From Neovahlkampfia damariscottae (lineage: Eukaryota): 64,000 bases of DNA. Below the pieces are notes generated by a model. That model was given only the letters and a program-made list of their open reading frames with translations. It had not been told where the DNA came from and searched no databases. How positions within the stretch are numbered: the stretch's first letter is position 1; each line of letters begins with the position of its first letter. Shown one piece after another: positions 9,855 to 21,276 of this stretch. The DNA lies in NCBI GenBank assembly GCA_016618085.1, contig JABLTG010000014.1:1-64000 (forward strand), read 5' to 3'. A program made the translations under genes and the position numbers.

Positions 9855-12278
9855 TTATTTAGCCATTTCAACCAATGATGCTTTTTTTTCCAAATTTTTG
9901 ATTTTGTACATTGAACTACTTTTTCTGAATAAGCTGAATCTACTTTTCAATACATCTTCTTGTTGTTCTTCAACTACAGTCGCACCTTTTACTTTGGCAA
10001 AAGATTCCATCCATTTATCAGTTTCTTCATGTGATTTAGTTGTGAACTTTTCAGCAGTATATGGCAACACAACAAATTCAAATTGTGGTGTTTTTTTGTT
10101 AGCACTTTTTTGTACTATTGATCTGTAACAATTGCTTGTTCCTTCAATAGTAGCACCACAATCATAACTTCCAAGTTTAATAGATTGAACAACTTTTCCT
10201 TGATCAGTCAAAATCAAAGCATTTGGATATAAATAAACTTGATATGAAGTTTTGGAGAAGAAATTATTCTTTTTGATCAAAACTGATGAATAAATACAAT
10301 CTTCTTCTAAATGGTCCAACATTGGTGTTTGAATCTGAAGATTTTGTTTTGTTGAATCTGTGATTTTTGAAGGTCCTGATAAGATTAAAACAACATTCAT
10401 TGAATGAATTTTTGTAAGAAATTCCAAAGCTCTTTCACGAAGAACATTTTGTTTTTCGAACCAAGTGAGTAATCTATCTGTTGTAAATGAGTTTTCATAT
10501 GTTTTGAATAATGTCTTTTTTGTTGTAAATTCAATTCCACTATTTGAGCTCAAGAATTTCAAAATCCATCCACTAATTTGTGTTTTTGTCAATGATTCTA
10601 CATCTTCAAATGGAACTGCTTCATCTTTCACTTTTTCTAATCTTAAAGCAACAATTTCTTGTAATGTTTGTTGTCTTGATTTTGATTCTTTCTTTTCAAT
10701 TGGTCGAATTTTCATCATTTTTTCCTTGAATTGTTGATTTGGAATATATCCAAAATAATTCAATTCCAAGTTAGAATCTGTTTCTTTGAGTTTGTATCCA
10801 GTCAACTTTTTATCAACAATTGGTCCAACAAATGATTGAATTGATGTTTCAACATCTTGATTTTTTTGTTTGAAATCTCTTTTAAATTCCATGAAGATAT
10901 TTGGTAAAACGAGTAATTTTGATGTTTCATTGACAATCACATGCTTTTTGATGAATTTTTCTTTTGTTTCTTTTAATTGTGAATCAAATGATTCTACATT
11001 ATAAATTACCAAGTCAGGAGTGACTGATGTCAAAGTCATCAAAGCAAATAAAATGTCAGGTGAAGTATAAGGAATAATGAATTGTCTTCTTGGATCATTC
11101 TTTGAAAATCTTCCTTGAGATGATGAATTAAATGAAAGTGATGTTGAATAATTTACATTTCCTCTTAAAATTCCATTGAGAACTGTATCAATTGAATACA
11201 ACTCTCCTCCAATATTATAAAATGTTTCTTTTAAGAAAATTGTTCTTTGTAAAACTGTAAATGAAACACCACCAGAAGCAATTGATCCATGTACCATCAT
11301 CAAGTTAAATGTATTGATGAAAAATACAAGTCTTTCTTTTTCTGATAATTGTTTTAAATCAACAACTTGTAATTGACAAATTAATTCATTCATGAAAATC
11401 CATGATTTGCATGATCTGTCATTTTGAACTTTTTCATGATCCAAAGTACCTTCTTCAGTCCAAAATTTTTCCATTTGTAAAAGTTCAGTTAAATAACCCA
11501 TAGCATCACTAACAATCTTTAATGGATGAGGTACTTTCAATTCTTTATCCCATTGAATAATATCATTAAGAATTAATTGATTGTTTTTCTTTTGACTAAT
11601 TCTGTCTCTGTATTCTTCTGCTGAATCTGAAAAAACCCACATACATAATTCACGGAAATATTTTGAATGTTTATATCTTCCAAATGGATCATTTAAGTTA
11701 CTTAATAGTTCTTTTATGACTTCTGGTAATATTTTTTCAACCATTGTTGTTTTCCATGATTCTAAAGCAGAAGAATCATCTGATAATTTTTCAAGTGCGT
11801 CCATGACATCTAATAATGTAATTCTTAAAGGTCCTGATATATTTACTTCCATTAATGATTCAGGATGTAAATAATTTATATAGTATTCTTCTTTTTCTTT
11901 CTATTAAAAAAAGTTAATGAAAAAATAAGTTACTTGTAATTCGGATATGCTACTGCTTTCTTTTTCAACTAAATCTCTGAATTTTATTGTATCTATGTAT
12001 GCTTGAAGGTTTTCTGAATTAAATTCAGTTTGAAGAAATTTGAAAAAGTATGTAACACCAATAGGACATCCTAATAATAATTCTACATTTCCATTATTAC
12101 GAACGACTTGAGAAAATTCATCTAACAATGGTTCTACAGCTTGGAGGTATTCTGCTTGTGTTTTAGAATCTTTTTTGACTTTGGAGAATGCTTCTTGTGC
12201 TTTCATAAAGATTGAAGCTCCTTCATCCATTGAAAGTTCGGTTTGAATGTTTGTTTCTTGTGTATCTGTCTTTGGCAT
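9855..12278 (-). CDS. RGS + DUF547 + DEP-like + PH multidomain signalling protein (paralog A)
   Basis: FFKFLQTEFNSENL (RGS); FFINTFNLMMVHG..YNIGGELYSIDTVLNGILRGN..DPR (DUF547); KTLFKTYENSFTTDRLLTWF (DEP-like); C-terminal PH-like ending EETDKWMESF; intron near 11903-11933. Confidence 0.75.
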
Positions 12279-12462
12279 GTCTGTTTTTCGGAGTTGCTAA
12301 CGAATGAGCTTTCTTCGGGGATTATATAATATGATTGGACGGAAATTTCAGTTAAAAATAAAGTAAAACCATTTCCGGCAATCCAATGAAATCGATCAAA
12401 ACTTCAATCCAAAGTTGAACCTTTCAGTGTCCAATCGGAGCATTTTACTTTTTTTCGATTTG

Positions 12463-14905
12463 ATGAAGTGGGAAAAAGTTCAAGTTAAAGAACAACAACC
12501 TTTAAGTGGACACTCTCTTCTAAAAACATCAAAAATTAACGAAAAAAGTTTAAACTCTCAAATTTTATCCTTCGGAGGAACAAATGAAAATTCAAAGTTC
12601 AACTCTAAAATCAGTTCGACCATTTTCTCACAAGAAAAATTAACAATGGATAGTCACTCATTCATAAAAACAAATAAAAAACCTGAACCAAGAGAAAGAT
12701 TCACATTGACAGAATATTCAAAAGGTAGTCATTTTCTTTTTGGTGGATTAAGTGCTAACGAAATATTGGGTGATTCATGGATCTTGAAAACAGAAAATAA
12801 AACAGAATGGATTAGTATTAAACCAGCTACTAAAGAAAAACCAACACCAAGATACGACCACACTTCTTCTTACTTATTTGACAACCAATTAATTTTATTT
12901 GGAGGTCATGACGAATTTAGTTTTTTAAATGATGTTTGGTGGATAAAAGTTAACAGCAATAAAGGAGATGGTAATATTAAAAATTATATTAACATTTTTT
13001 CTTAGAGTCAGTTGAAAGTACTTTGGAAATAGAAAACGATTCTCATAACAACAAAGTACCATGTCCAAGAATGCAACATGCATCAACAGTTATAAAATCA
13101 AATTCAAAATTTAAATTATACATTTTTGGTGGAAAATCAAAGTATAGACTTCTTAATGATTTGTGGTGCTTAGATATTGAATCAATGTTATGGAAGAACA
13201 TAAAATATGAAGGAAACATACCATCACCAAGACAGGGTCATATATTAGTTTCATATGAATCTTTTCTATTGTTGTATGGAGGTTATTCTCCAGATTTTAA
13301 AAATCCAAATTCATCTTTTCCTTCAGAGATATTTACATGTGATACACAAGGTATTCAAGGATGGGATGTTGTTCATTTTGAAGATGGTCCTCCTGGTAGA
13401 TTCTTATCTTGCACATTAATTTATGAAGACAATTTATTGGTTCATGGGGGAATGACCTATGAAAATGGTTCATTAAAAAAATTATCAGATGTTTGGAAAT
13501 TGAAAACTTATTTCTCAAAAGTTAAAGAATCAAAAATTGCGAACAAATATCAAATATTACAATTACTTAGTCAAAAAATGGAAACAATTTCTTATAAAGT
13601 TGAATTTAAAAATGAAATATTTTATTTGAGAATCTCAAAAGGAGTATTCTCAAATTCTAAATCTGATTATGTTCAAGAGAAGTTGAAGCATAAAAATATT
13701 TTGGAAATAATAGAAGTTATAGTTGATAGTTCAGATAATTCTGAAGTTATTGTTTTTCCATATTGTGATTTGGGTGATTTATTGACATTTTATAGAAATT
13801 TCAAAACATTTACTGAATTTGTAAGTTTTTTAAAAAGTTTAGTTTTTTAGGAAATTGTTGAATACTGTATTCAATTTTTGGATTCTGTGAATTTTATTCA
13901 TTCTCAAAATATTGCTCATGGGAGTATTCAACCAAAGAATATTATTGTTAAAACAGATGTTTTAGGTCCTGTTCTAAAATTAACTGGATTTAATGAAATT
14001 GATGAATCTTCATCATTCAAATCTCCAAATGGAAATGAAAAGTAAACAATATTTGTTTTAATAATTTGATCAATAGATTATCAAAAGAATCTGATATTTG
14101 GGCAGTTGGATTGACATTGAATTATTTCCTTTCTAAAAAATATCATTTATCTGAAATTCAAGATTTTGAAAAAAATGATAATAGATTTCGATCCATTGAT
14201 GATAATTTGTCATCTTTGAACTACAAGAATTCAAATTTATATTTAAATTTAATTAAAAAATGTTTGTGTGAAAATCCAAAAGATAGAGTAGATTCTAGTT
14301 ATTTATTGGATGAATTCAGAAATGTTTATCGTAAACTGAGATCAAAGGGAGCTGTTTTAAATCCTGATCCACTTAAAATTAGAGGTTCTACTAAGAAAGA
14401 ACCTAATGTCAAAAGAGGAAGAAGGAGATCTGGTTCTTTCATGAAAGTTAATTCACCTTCTCCAATGGGATTCGTGGATAATGAATTACCACAACATTTA
14501 TCTTCAGTTAAATCTTGGTTAAGATCTGCAGATTTTGATTTATTTGAATCAAATTTCAAGAAATTAGGTTATGATGATTTATCAATATTCCCTCAATTAA
14601 CAGAAGAAGAGATCTTAATGATTGGAATTCCAAATGAAAAAGTAACAGATTTTAAGTTTTCTTTGAGACATTTGAAGAAAGAAGTAACTTGGTATTTAGA
14701 AAAAGAAGTCAATTTTGATAATATTGAAAATTGGTTAGAGTGTTTGAATTTAGAGTGTTACAATGAAGTTTTGACCACTTTAGGAAATTCAAAGAAGATT
14801 ATTGAATTTATAAATACTTCTTCATTTGAAGATTTCCAAAATCTTGGAATTTCATTACCTGGACATGTCAAAAAATTGAAATCAAAAATTTCATATTTGA
14901 AATAA
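12463..14905 (+). CDS. Kelch-repeat / pseudokinase / tandem SAM protein (4 exons)
   Basis: Kelch motifs (PRYDHT..LILFGG..NDVW; PRMQHAS..YIFGG); kinase fold with HGS in place of HRD and TGF in place of DFG; SAM-like SVKSWL..F..LGYDDL and IENWLECLNL..LGISLPGHVKKL. Confidence 0.75.
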
Positions 14906-14908
14906 AAT

Positions 14909-15877
14909 TTATAATTTAGCTTCTCCATAAACTGCTTTTTTTATGAATGAATCAACGAGTTCAGGTTCAATAGTTGTTAAAAATGGTAAAAAGCTCATCA
15001 TTCCCGAATATCTTTCTTCTCTTTTTCCTTGTGAAACTGCAAAAAGTGATTTTGTAACACATTCATCTACACTTATAATTTTTGATTGATCATAACTTTG
15101 TTGTGTTTCAACTAAATGTCTTGTTCTAAGTGATGTATCAATCCAACTTGGTACGCAGGTTGTAATTTTAACATTTGGACTTTCTACAGCTAATTCATTT
15201 CTCAAAGTATCAAAAAATCCATTTACAGCATGTTTTGAAGCACAATAAGGTGTTCGCAATGCAATTCCTAATTTTCCAGATAAAGATGAAATTACGCAGA
15301 TTCTACCATCAGTTTTTTTTATTTCAGGTAGAGCATGAAAAGTCATGTTTACATAACCCATAAAGTTAACATTCATCATTTTACCAAATAAACTTAAATC
15401 TTTCATTTTGCTAAAAGCAACACTTCCAGAAATACCAGCATTAAGAATCAATACATCAATTCCTCCAAATTTGTTGATGGTTTCTTTAACTGTGTTTTCA
15501 CAATCTTTTTCTTCAGTTACGTCACATTTTGAAATTAAAACCTTTGAACCATTTTTTTCACACTTTTGGGCAACTTTTTGTAATTTCTCTTCAGTTCTTG
15601 CGCATAGAATTAATTTAGTTTGGAAAGTTGAGAGATGTTCTGCAAGTGCTTCTCCTAAACCCATTGAAGCTCCTGTAATCAAAATTCTTTTATTTTTGAA
15701 ATATTTTTCTATTTCTTTTTCCATGTCTGAGTTTGTGTTTATGAATCCGGAAATTTTTTGTTTTTCTTTTTCTTTTTTGATTACATAGTTGTGAGAACCA
15801 GCAAGTTTTTCCAATGATTCTTGTTGTAGAGGAATTTTGTTCAAAACTGCTTCAGTTTGGTTGAATTTACTTGTCAT
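14909..15877 (-). CDS. Short-chain dehydrogenase/reductase (DHRS7-like)
   Basis: TGASMGLG, LNAG, YCASK motifs; start uncertain (15877 or 15724). Confidence 0.9.
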   Translation of the reverse strand: MTSKFNQTEAVLNKIPLQQESLEKLAGSHNYVIKKEKEKQKISGFINTNSDMEKEIEKYFKNKRILITGASMGLGEALAEHLSTFQTKLILCARTEEKLQKVAQKCEKNGSKVLISKCDVTEEKDCENTVKETINKFGGIDVLILNAGISGSVAFSKMKDLSLFGKMMNVNFMGYVNMTFHALPEIKKTDGRICVISSLSGKLGIALRTPYCASKHAVNGFFDTLRNELAVESPNVKITTCVPSWIDTSLRTRHLVETQQSYDQSKIISVDECVTKSLFAVSQGKREERYSGMMSFLPFLTTIEPELVDSFIKKAVYGEAKL

Positions 15878-16071
15878 TGTTTTGTCCAATCATGTCATTT
15901 CAGTTCTTTTAATAAAACTATGAATGATCATGAATTCATTGTATCTTAAATATGTTTGTGTTCACTTACTTCACAAGAAAGCACGTAAGTACGTTCTATT
16001 ATTTTTTGGAGTTCAATTCTCGAGCTAAAAAATTAATTTCAAAAAAAAACTGAATCCTCCAACCCCAACAC

Positions 16072-16357
16072 AACACAAAAGGAATACTGAGATACAACCA
16101 AAATTTATCCGTTCCATTCTTGTTCATCCAATCCATTTCAGTTCTTTTGGATAAAACGTTTACTTGTTTCTAAATTTTGAAGCTATTTGGAGGAAAACTA
16201 ATTCTACAATGATCCATCTGTCGATCATGTGCAAGTGTTTGCCTGCTTGATCCCAAGTATGTTCTATTATTGAACAGCAAAAATAACACAAACATAACAC
16301 AAAAGGAATACTGAGATTCAACCAAAATTTATCCGTTCCATTCTTATTCATCCAATC
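16072..16357. repeat. Two 62-bp direct repeats (16072-16133, 16296-16357), 60/62 identical, each ending in CCAATC
   Basis: aacacaaaaggaatactgagat(a/t)caaccaaaatttatccgttccattctt(g/a)ttcatccaatc occurs twice in the divergent intergenic region. Confidence 0.9.
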
Positions 16358-16383
16358 ACATATTTGCTTTTTTGAAACAAAAG

Positions 16384-18859
16384 ATGTCAGAGTTAATGGA
16401 TCTGTGGTATCAAATTCGTACAGTACGATTTCTAAGAAATCTACCACGAACATTAACCACCATGTGCTTTTTTTGGGTTCTTGCTCTACTGGCCATTGGA
16501 ACAGCTGTATCTTCAAGTAACAAAAAAAAAAATTAAAAAAATAGTCATTGGAGCCTGGCATATTCACGTAAGAACAACTACTTCATGTCATATAAATATA
16601 AACAATGTAAATACATATCCAAAAAATTTCCGACCTCTTGAATACCACGTTCAAATAAATCCAAATTTTCAAACAAAAGAATACACTGGAAGTGTCAAAA
16701 TTAAATTGAATATACTGGAAAGTACTTGTTTTGTTTTAAATATAAATAAATTAAAAATCACAAAACTGAAATTTTCAGACTCAAGATTAAGAAAAACAAA
16801 ATTGAAAAAAGAAGGAGTTCATTTGGTGGAGTTTAAATATTTAGAAATTGATACAAAAAAAGTATATGAGTTAAATTTAGATTTTGAAGGAAATTTAGAA
16901 AATTCGTTCATTTTTAAAGATGGACTGTATTTTAGTCACCCAAATTCAAGTTTTTTGTTTCCTTGTTTTAATGAAGCCCAATGGAAATCAATTTATAAAT
17001 TAAGTGTAAATAGAAGTTCATTGGGTGATATTTATGATGTTTTATCAAATACACCAAAAAATTCGACTATGAATTCAACGATTTTGACTTTTGAAAAAAC
17101 TGATTTAATATCATCCAATCAAATTGGGTTTATATTTTTCAACAAAAATATAATCAATTCAACGAGTATAATTTATAAAAATAATGTTCAATTTAATTTC
17201 TATGGCCCCGGTATTGATGAAAATTTCATTCAAAATAGCTTGAATTGCACAGTTTTTATTGAAAATTATTTGAATGTTGATTTGTTCATTAAAAAAATTG
17301 ATTTTTTTAATTTGGGTTATACATTTGAAAAATTAGGTTTATTATCAACGTCTGATTCAATTTTATGCAAATCTATTTCAAAAACATGGAATGGTGGATT
17401 AATTTCATTTTCACAAAATGATCAATGGATACAAAACACCTTCATTAATTTAATTGAAATATCAAAGAATAATAATGAAAATATTAAATACCAATTTCTG
17501 AATGACTTAACAAATTCATTAATGTTTGATTCTTATTCACAAACTACTCCACTAAAATCAAATGATTTAAAATTACATAATTTTAATAAACAAAAAGGAA
17601 TGTCAATATTTTATCAAATGAAATCAAATATAGATTTACATAAACTATTAAAAGATATATTCCAAAATTATCAATATGAAACACTTAATTCTAATCAATT
17701 ATTATCACTCATTCCAAATTCATCATTTGTTGATTTTATTGAATACCCAGGAATACCTTTAATTAAAATTGATAAATTTCAAGATACCTATTTTGTTTCA
17801 CAGTTCAAATACTCATTTGATCCACTTTCTTTTGAAAGAAATAAAATTTGGAGTCTTTCACTTTTTGGATATGACAATCAAAGAAATTCATTGAATATTT
17901 CATTTTCAACATTAAATTATGAATTTAATTCAACTTCAAGTTATATTTCAATTTTACCTGGTTTGTATAGAATTGATTATTCAATTGATATTCTAAACAA
18001 AATGATTGAACATATTCATCATCTCTCTGAAGAAGAACATTATTTTTTATTGGAAAATTCATTTGAAATGTCATTTGATAATCAGTTGGATTTTAAATTT
18101 ACTTTTGAAATAATACAAAAATTATCAAAATATAATTCAACTCTTGTCTGGAATTTGATTGAAAATAAATTGAATCGATTGGATAATTTATTAATATTTT
18201 CACCTGATTTATTGGGTTTAAAATTTCAAAAATATGTTAATGAATTGATTGAACCTCATTTATCAAATTTTAATGATAATATTGAATTCAAAAAGATTAT
18301 TTTTTCAATTGGAATAAAATATCAAAATGAAAAAGTTGGAAATTATTTGAATTTACTTTATGAACAAAATGTATTACCTTATTATTATAAAAAATTAATT
18401 TTTAGAAATTTGATAACTCACGGAAGTCAAATCAACTTTTTTGACCTTTTTAAAAAATATGAGTCATCAACAAATGAATTAGAAAAAGAAGATTTATTAG
18501 ATTCATTAACTTTTACAAAGTATCCAAATTTAATTTCTCAATTAGTTTCAATTTCATTTCGATTTCGAAATTTTAATATCCTTCGAAAATTATCAAAAAA
18601 TTTAAATGCAAATTTCATTTTATGGAATTTTTATTTAGAAAATTCAGGAGAATTAAAAGAAATATTTGATCAACAAGATTTAAATGAAATTTTATTAAAT
18701 TTATCAGAAACATTTCATTCAGTTATTAAATATGAAGAATTTCAACAAATGCAAAAGGATATTGAACATCCTTATACACAAATGATTTTTGATAACATAC
18801 GAAGAAATAGAAGATTCATATCAACCATATTACCAAGATTGAATGAAATAATTTTGTAA
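16384..18859 (+). CDS. Type II membrane M1 aminopeptidase-like protein, probably catalytically inactive
   Basis: Exon 1 16384-16516 encodes a TM anchor; intron 16517-16544. YPKNFRPLEYHVQINP, FPCFNEAQWK, GLYRIDY and an ERAP1-C-like region are present; GAMEN and HEXXH are absent. Confidence 0.75.
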
Positions 18860-18873
18860 ATAAAAGAATTTAT

Positions 18874-20640
18874 TTAGAATTCAGTTGTAGCAATAACATC
18901 ATCAATTTTTAAAATCATACGAACAACTTGAGTAGCAAGTTTAAATTGTTGTTGTTTTCCTATTAAAGTTTCAAAAACATTTTGTTCTTTCATATCTGAA
19001 GTTCCTTTTAAAAGACAATCAATTCCAAGATGTGGATTATTTGTTTTTGCTTGTTCAGCTTTAATTTTTGAAACATTTTCAACTGGGTCCAAGCCAGAAT
19101 TTTCAGCTAAAACAGCAGGAATTGCTTCAAGAGCATCAGCAAAAGCTTGAAAAGCATATTGATCAATATCATCAGTTTTTGTTGATTCTTCAATAATTTT
19201 TTTTGCACAAGCAAGTTCAGCTGAACCACCTCCATAAACAATTCTGTTGTCTCTTACTAAATTTCTAACAACACAAAGTGCATCATGAATAGCTCTTTTT
19301 GCTTCTTCAATAATCATTGTATTTCCACCTCTAATAAAAATTGTAACAGCTTTAGAACCTGAACATCCTTCAATAGAAAGCATTCTGTCTTTTGTTGTAC
19401 CAAATGAGATTTCACGAACTAATGAAGCTTTTCCTAATTTATCACTTGAAATATCTTGAAATCTTGGAATGATTCTAGCTCCTGTAGCAATAGCAATGAG
19501 TTCAATATCAACACCACCAACCCATCTAACAGCTGGAAGTTTATTTTGCATAAGAAGATGTGTTGCTTCATCATCAAAACCCCATTGACATAAAACTAAA
19601 TTTGCACCAGAATCTAAAACCTGTTTAATTTGATATTTGAAAAAGTCTTGTTCTGTTTTGTGAAGTTTTTGATAATCTTCAACGTTATCAATCAAAACTG
19701 AATTTTTAGTTTTTGGTTTTGGTGGTTCAAAAGGAGCCTTTAAATGTCAAAAAAAAAAATTGAGTTTTTTCTTACAGTGAGAATACAAATTTTTGCATCT
19801 TTTACAACTTTGTCCATTTGATGATGAGCCATATCTTTATCAATAACAATACCTTCAACAAGTGAAGTATCTTGTAATTTACCACCAGTTTTACCTTCAA
19901 CTTTAATAAGTTCAAGGTTAACATCTTTTCTTTCTAAATCAGCAACAGCAAGTACAGCTTTGACACAAATTTCAGCCATTTGTCTTTTATGTTTATTGAT
20001 ACTAAAAATAATAAGTAACTCTAAATGGTCAACTTACATTTTTGAGTTTAAAGTTGAACTAGCTGTTTTAACCATAAATTCATAATCATTTCCATCAAAA
20101 GCGATATTATCACCAATTTTTTCAAGTTCATCACAAGCAAGTTCACAAGCTTTATCAAAACCATCTGATATTTTTGTTGAATGAATTCCTTTATCAAGTA
20201 ATCTTTGTGCTTGTTCTAAAATAGCTCCAGCAAGAACAACGACACCAGTTGTACCATCACCAATTTCGTCGTCTTGTGATTTTGATAATTCAACTAAAAG
20301 TTTGGCAACTTGATGCTCAACATCCATTTTTTCAAGAATAGTTGCACCATCATTTGAAACAGTTACATCACCATCTGGACTTACAAGCATTTTATCCATA
20401 CCTTTTTTTTTTTTAATTTTTTAATTTTTTTTTACCTCTTGGTCCTAAAGATGTTTTAAGTGTATTTGCGATGGTAGTAGCAGCTAAAATATTAGCCTAT
20501 GGATTCAAATTTTAATTTTTTTTTTTTTTTTTTTTTACTTTTTGTGCTTCAAGACCAAATAATCTTTTTTTTCGGTCTTGTTCTCTGAGGATAACAAAAG
20601 GTTGTCCATATTGATCGTATGAAATTGGCATTCCGTTCAT
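18874..20640 (-). CDS. CCT5: T-complex protein 1 subunit epsilon (multi-exon)
   Basis: [15 protein letters not shown]-terminus, [37 protein letters not shown]. Confidence 0.97.
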
Positions 20641-20872
20641 TTGTAAAAAATTTTTTCTTTGAGTAGTTACCCGTGAGGAATAAAAAATTAAAAAGTTGAA
20701 CCAATGAAATTAAATGATTGGTTCAAATTCAAATTATTTTTAGTTGGAATTGTAAAATATAATTTCTAAAGAATTAAAATGAATTTGTTTCATTTTCAGA
20801 GTATTTTTGGAGATGATTCTGATTGGCTTAATATACTGTTGAAAAAAATCTTTGTGGTGGCAATTTTTTTTG

Positions 20873-21151
20873 ATGAGCAACGCACAAAATTTTAGTTCCT
20901 TTGCTGAATATCAGAAATATAGAAAATCAAAGAAAAATCGAGTTTCATCAGATTCAGATGAAACTATAAAAAAAAATGAAATCAGGGAAAAAGTAGAACA
21001 ATCAAAAGAAAACGAGTGCTTAAAAGATGAAACTATATCAGAAATTGTACATTCCTCAGATAATGAAACCTACAATTTTGCTAAAAAACTGAAACTAAAC
21101 GACCTTCTAATTTATTATGAAAACGACTGGAATAAAAAGAATCCAGAATAG
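20873..21151 (+). CDS. Hypothetical short charged protein
   Basis: ATG-initiated ORF downstream of an ATTGG; no recognisable domain. Confidence 0.35.
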   Translation: MSNAQNFSSFAEYQKYRKSKKNRVSSDSDETIKKNEIREKVEQSKENECLKDETISEIVHSSDNETYNFAKKLKLNDLLIYYENDWNKKNPE

Positions 21152-21276
21152 TCAACTTGTATAGAATAAATAAAAAACAAAATAAAAAAACAACAAATTT
21201 TAAGTTCTAAAAATGGAATCATCTTTTGAAAAAAAAAGTTCCAAAAAACCAAAGAATGATTCAAATAAAAAAACAT

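Noticed and set aside
16160..16567. 135-aa minus-strand ORF
   Set aside because: Antisense to the spliced first exon of the aminopeptidase-like gene and runs through its intron; no recognisable domain
20400..20540. Long poly-T tracts
   Set aside because: They are A-rich mini-introns of CCT5 on the minus strand, not terminators or retroposon tails
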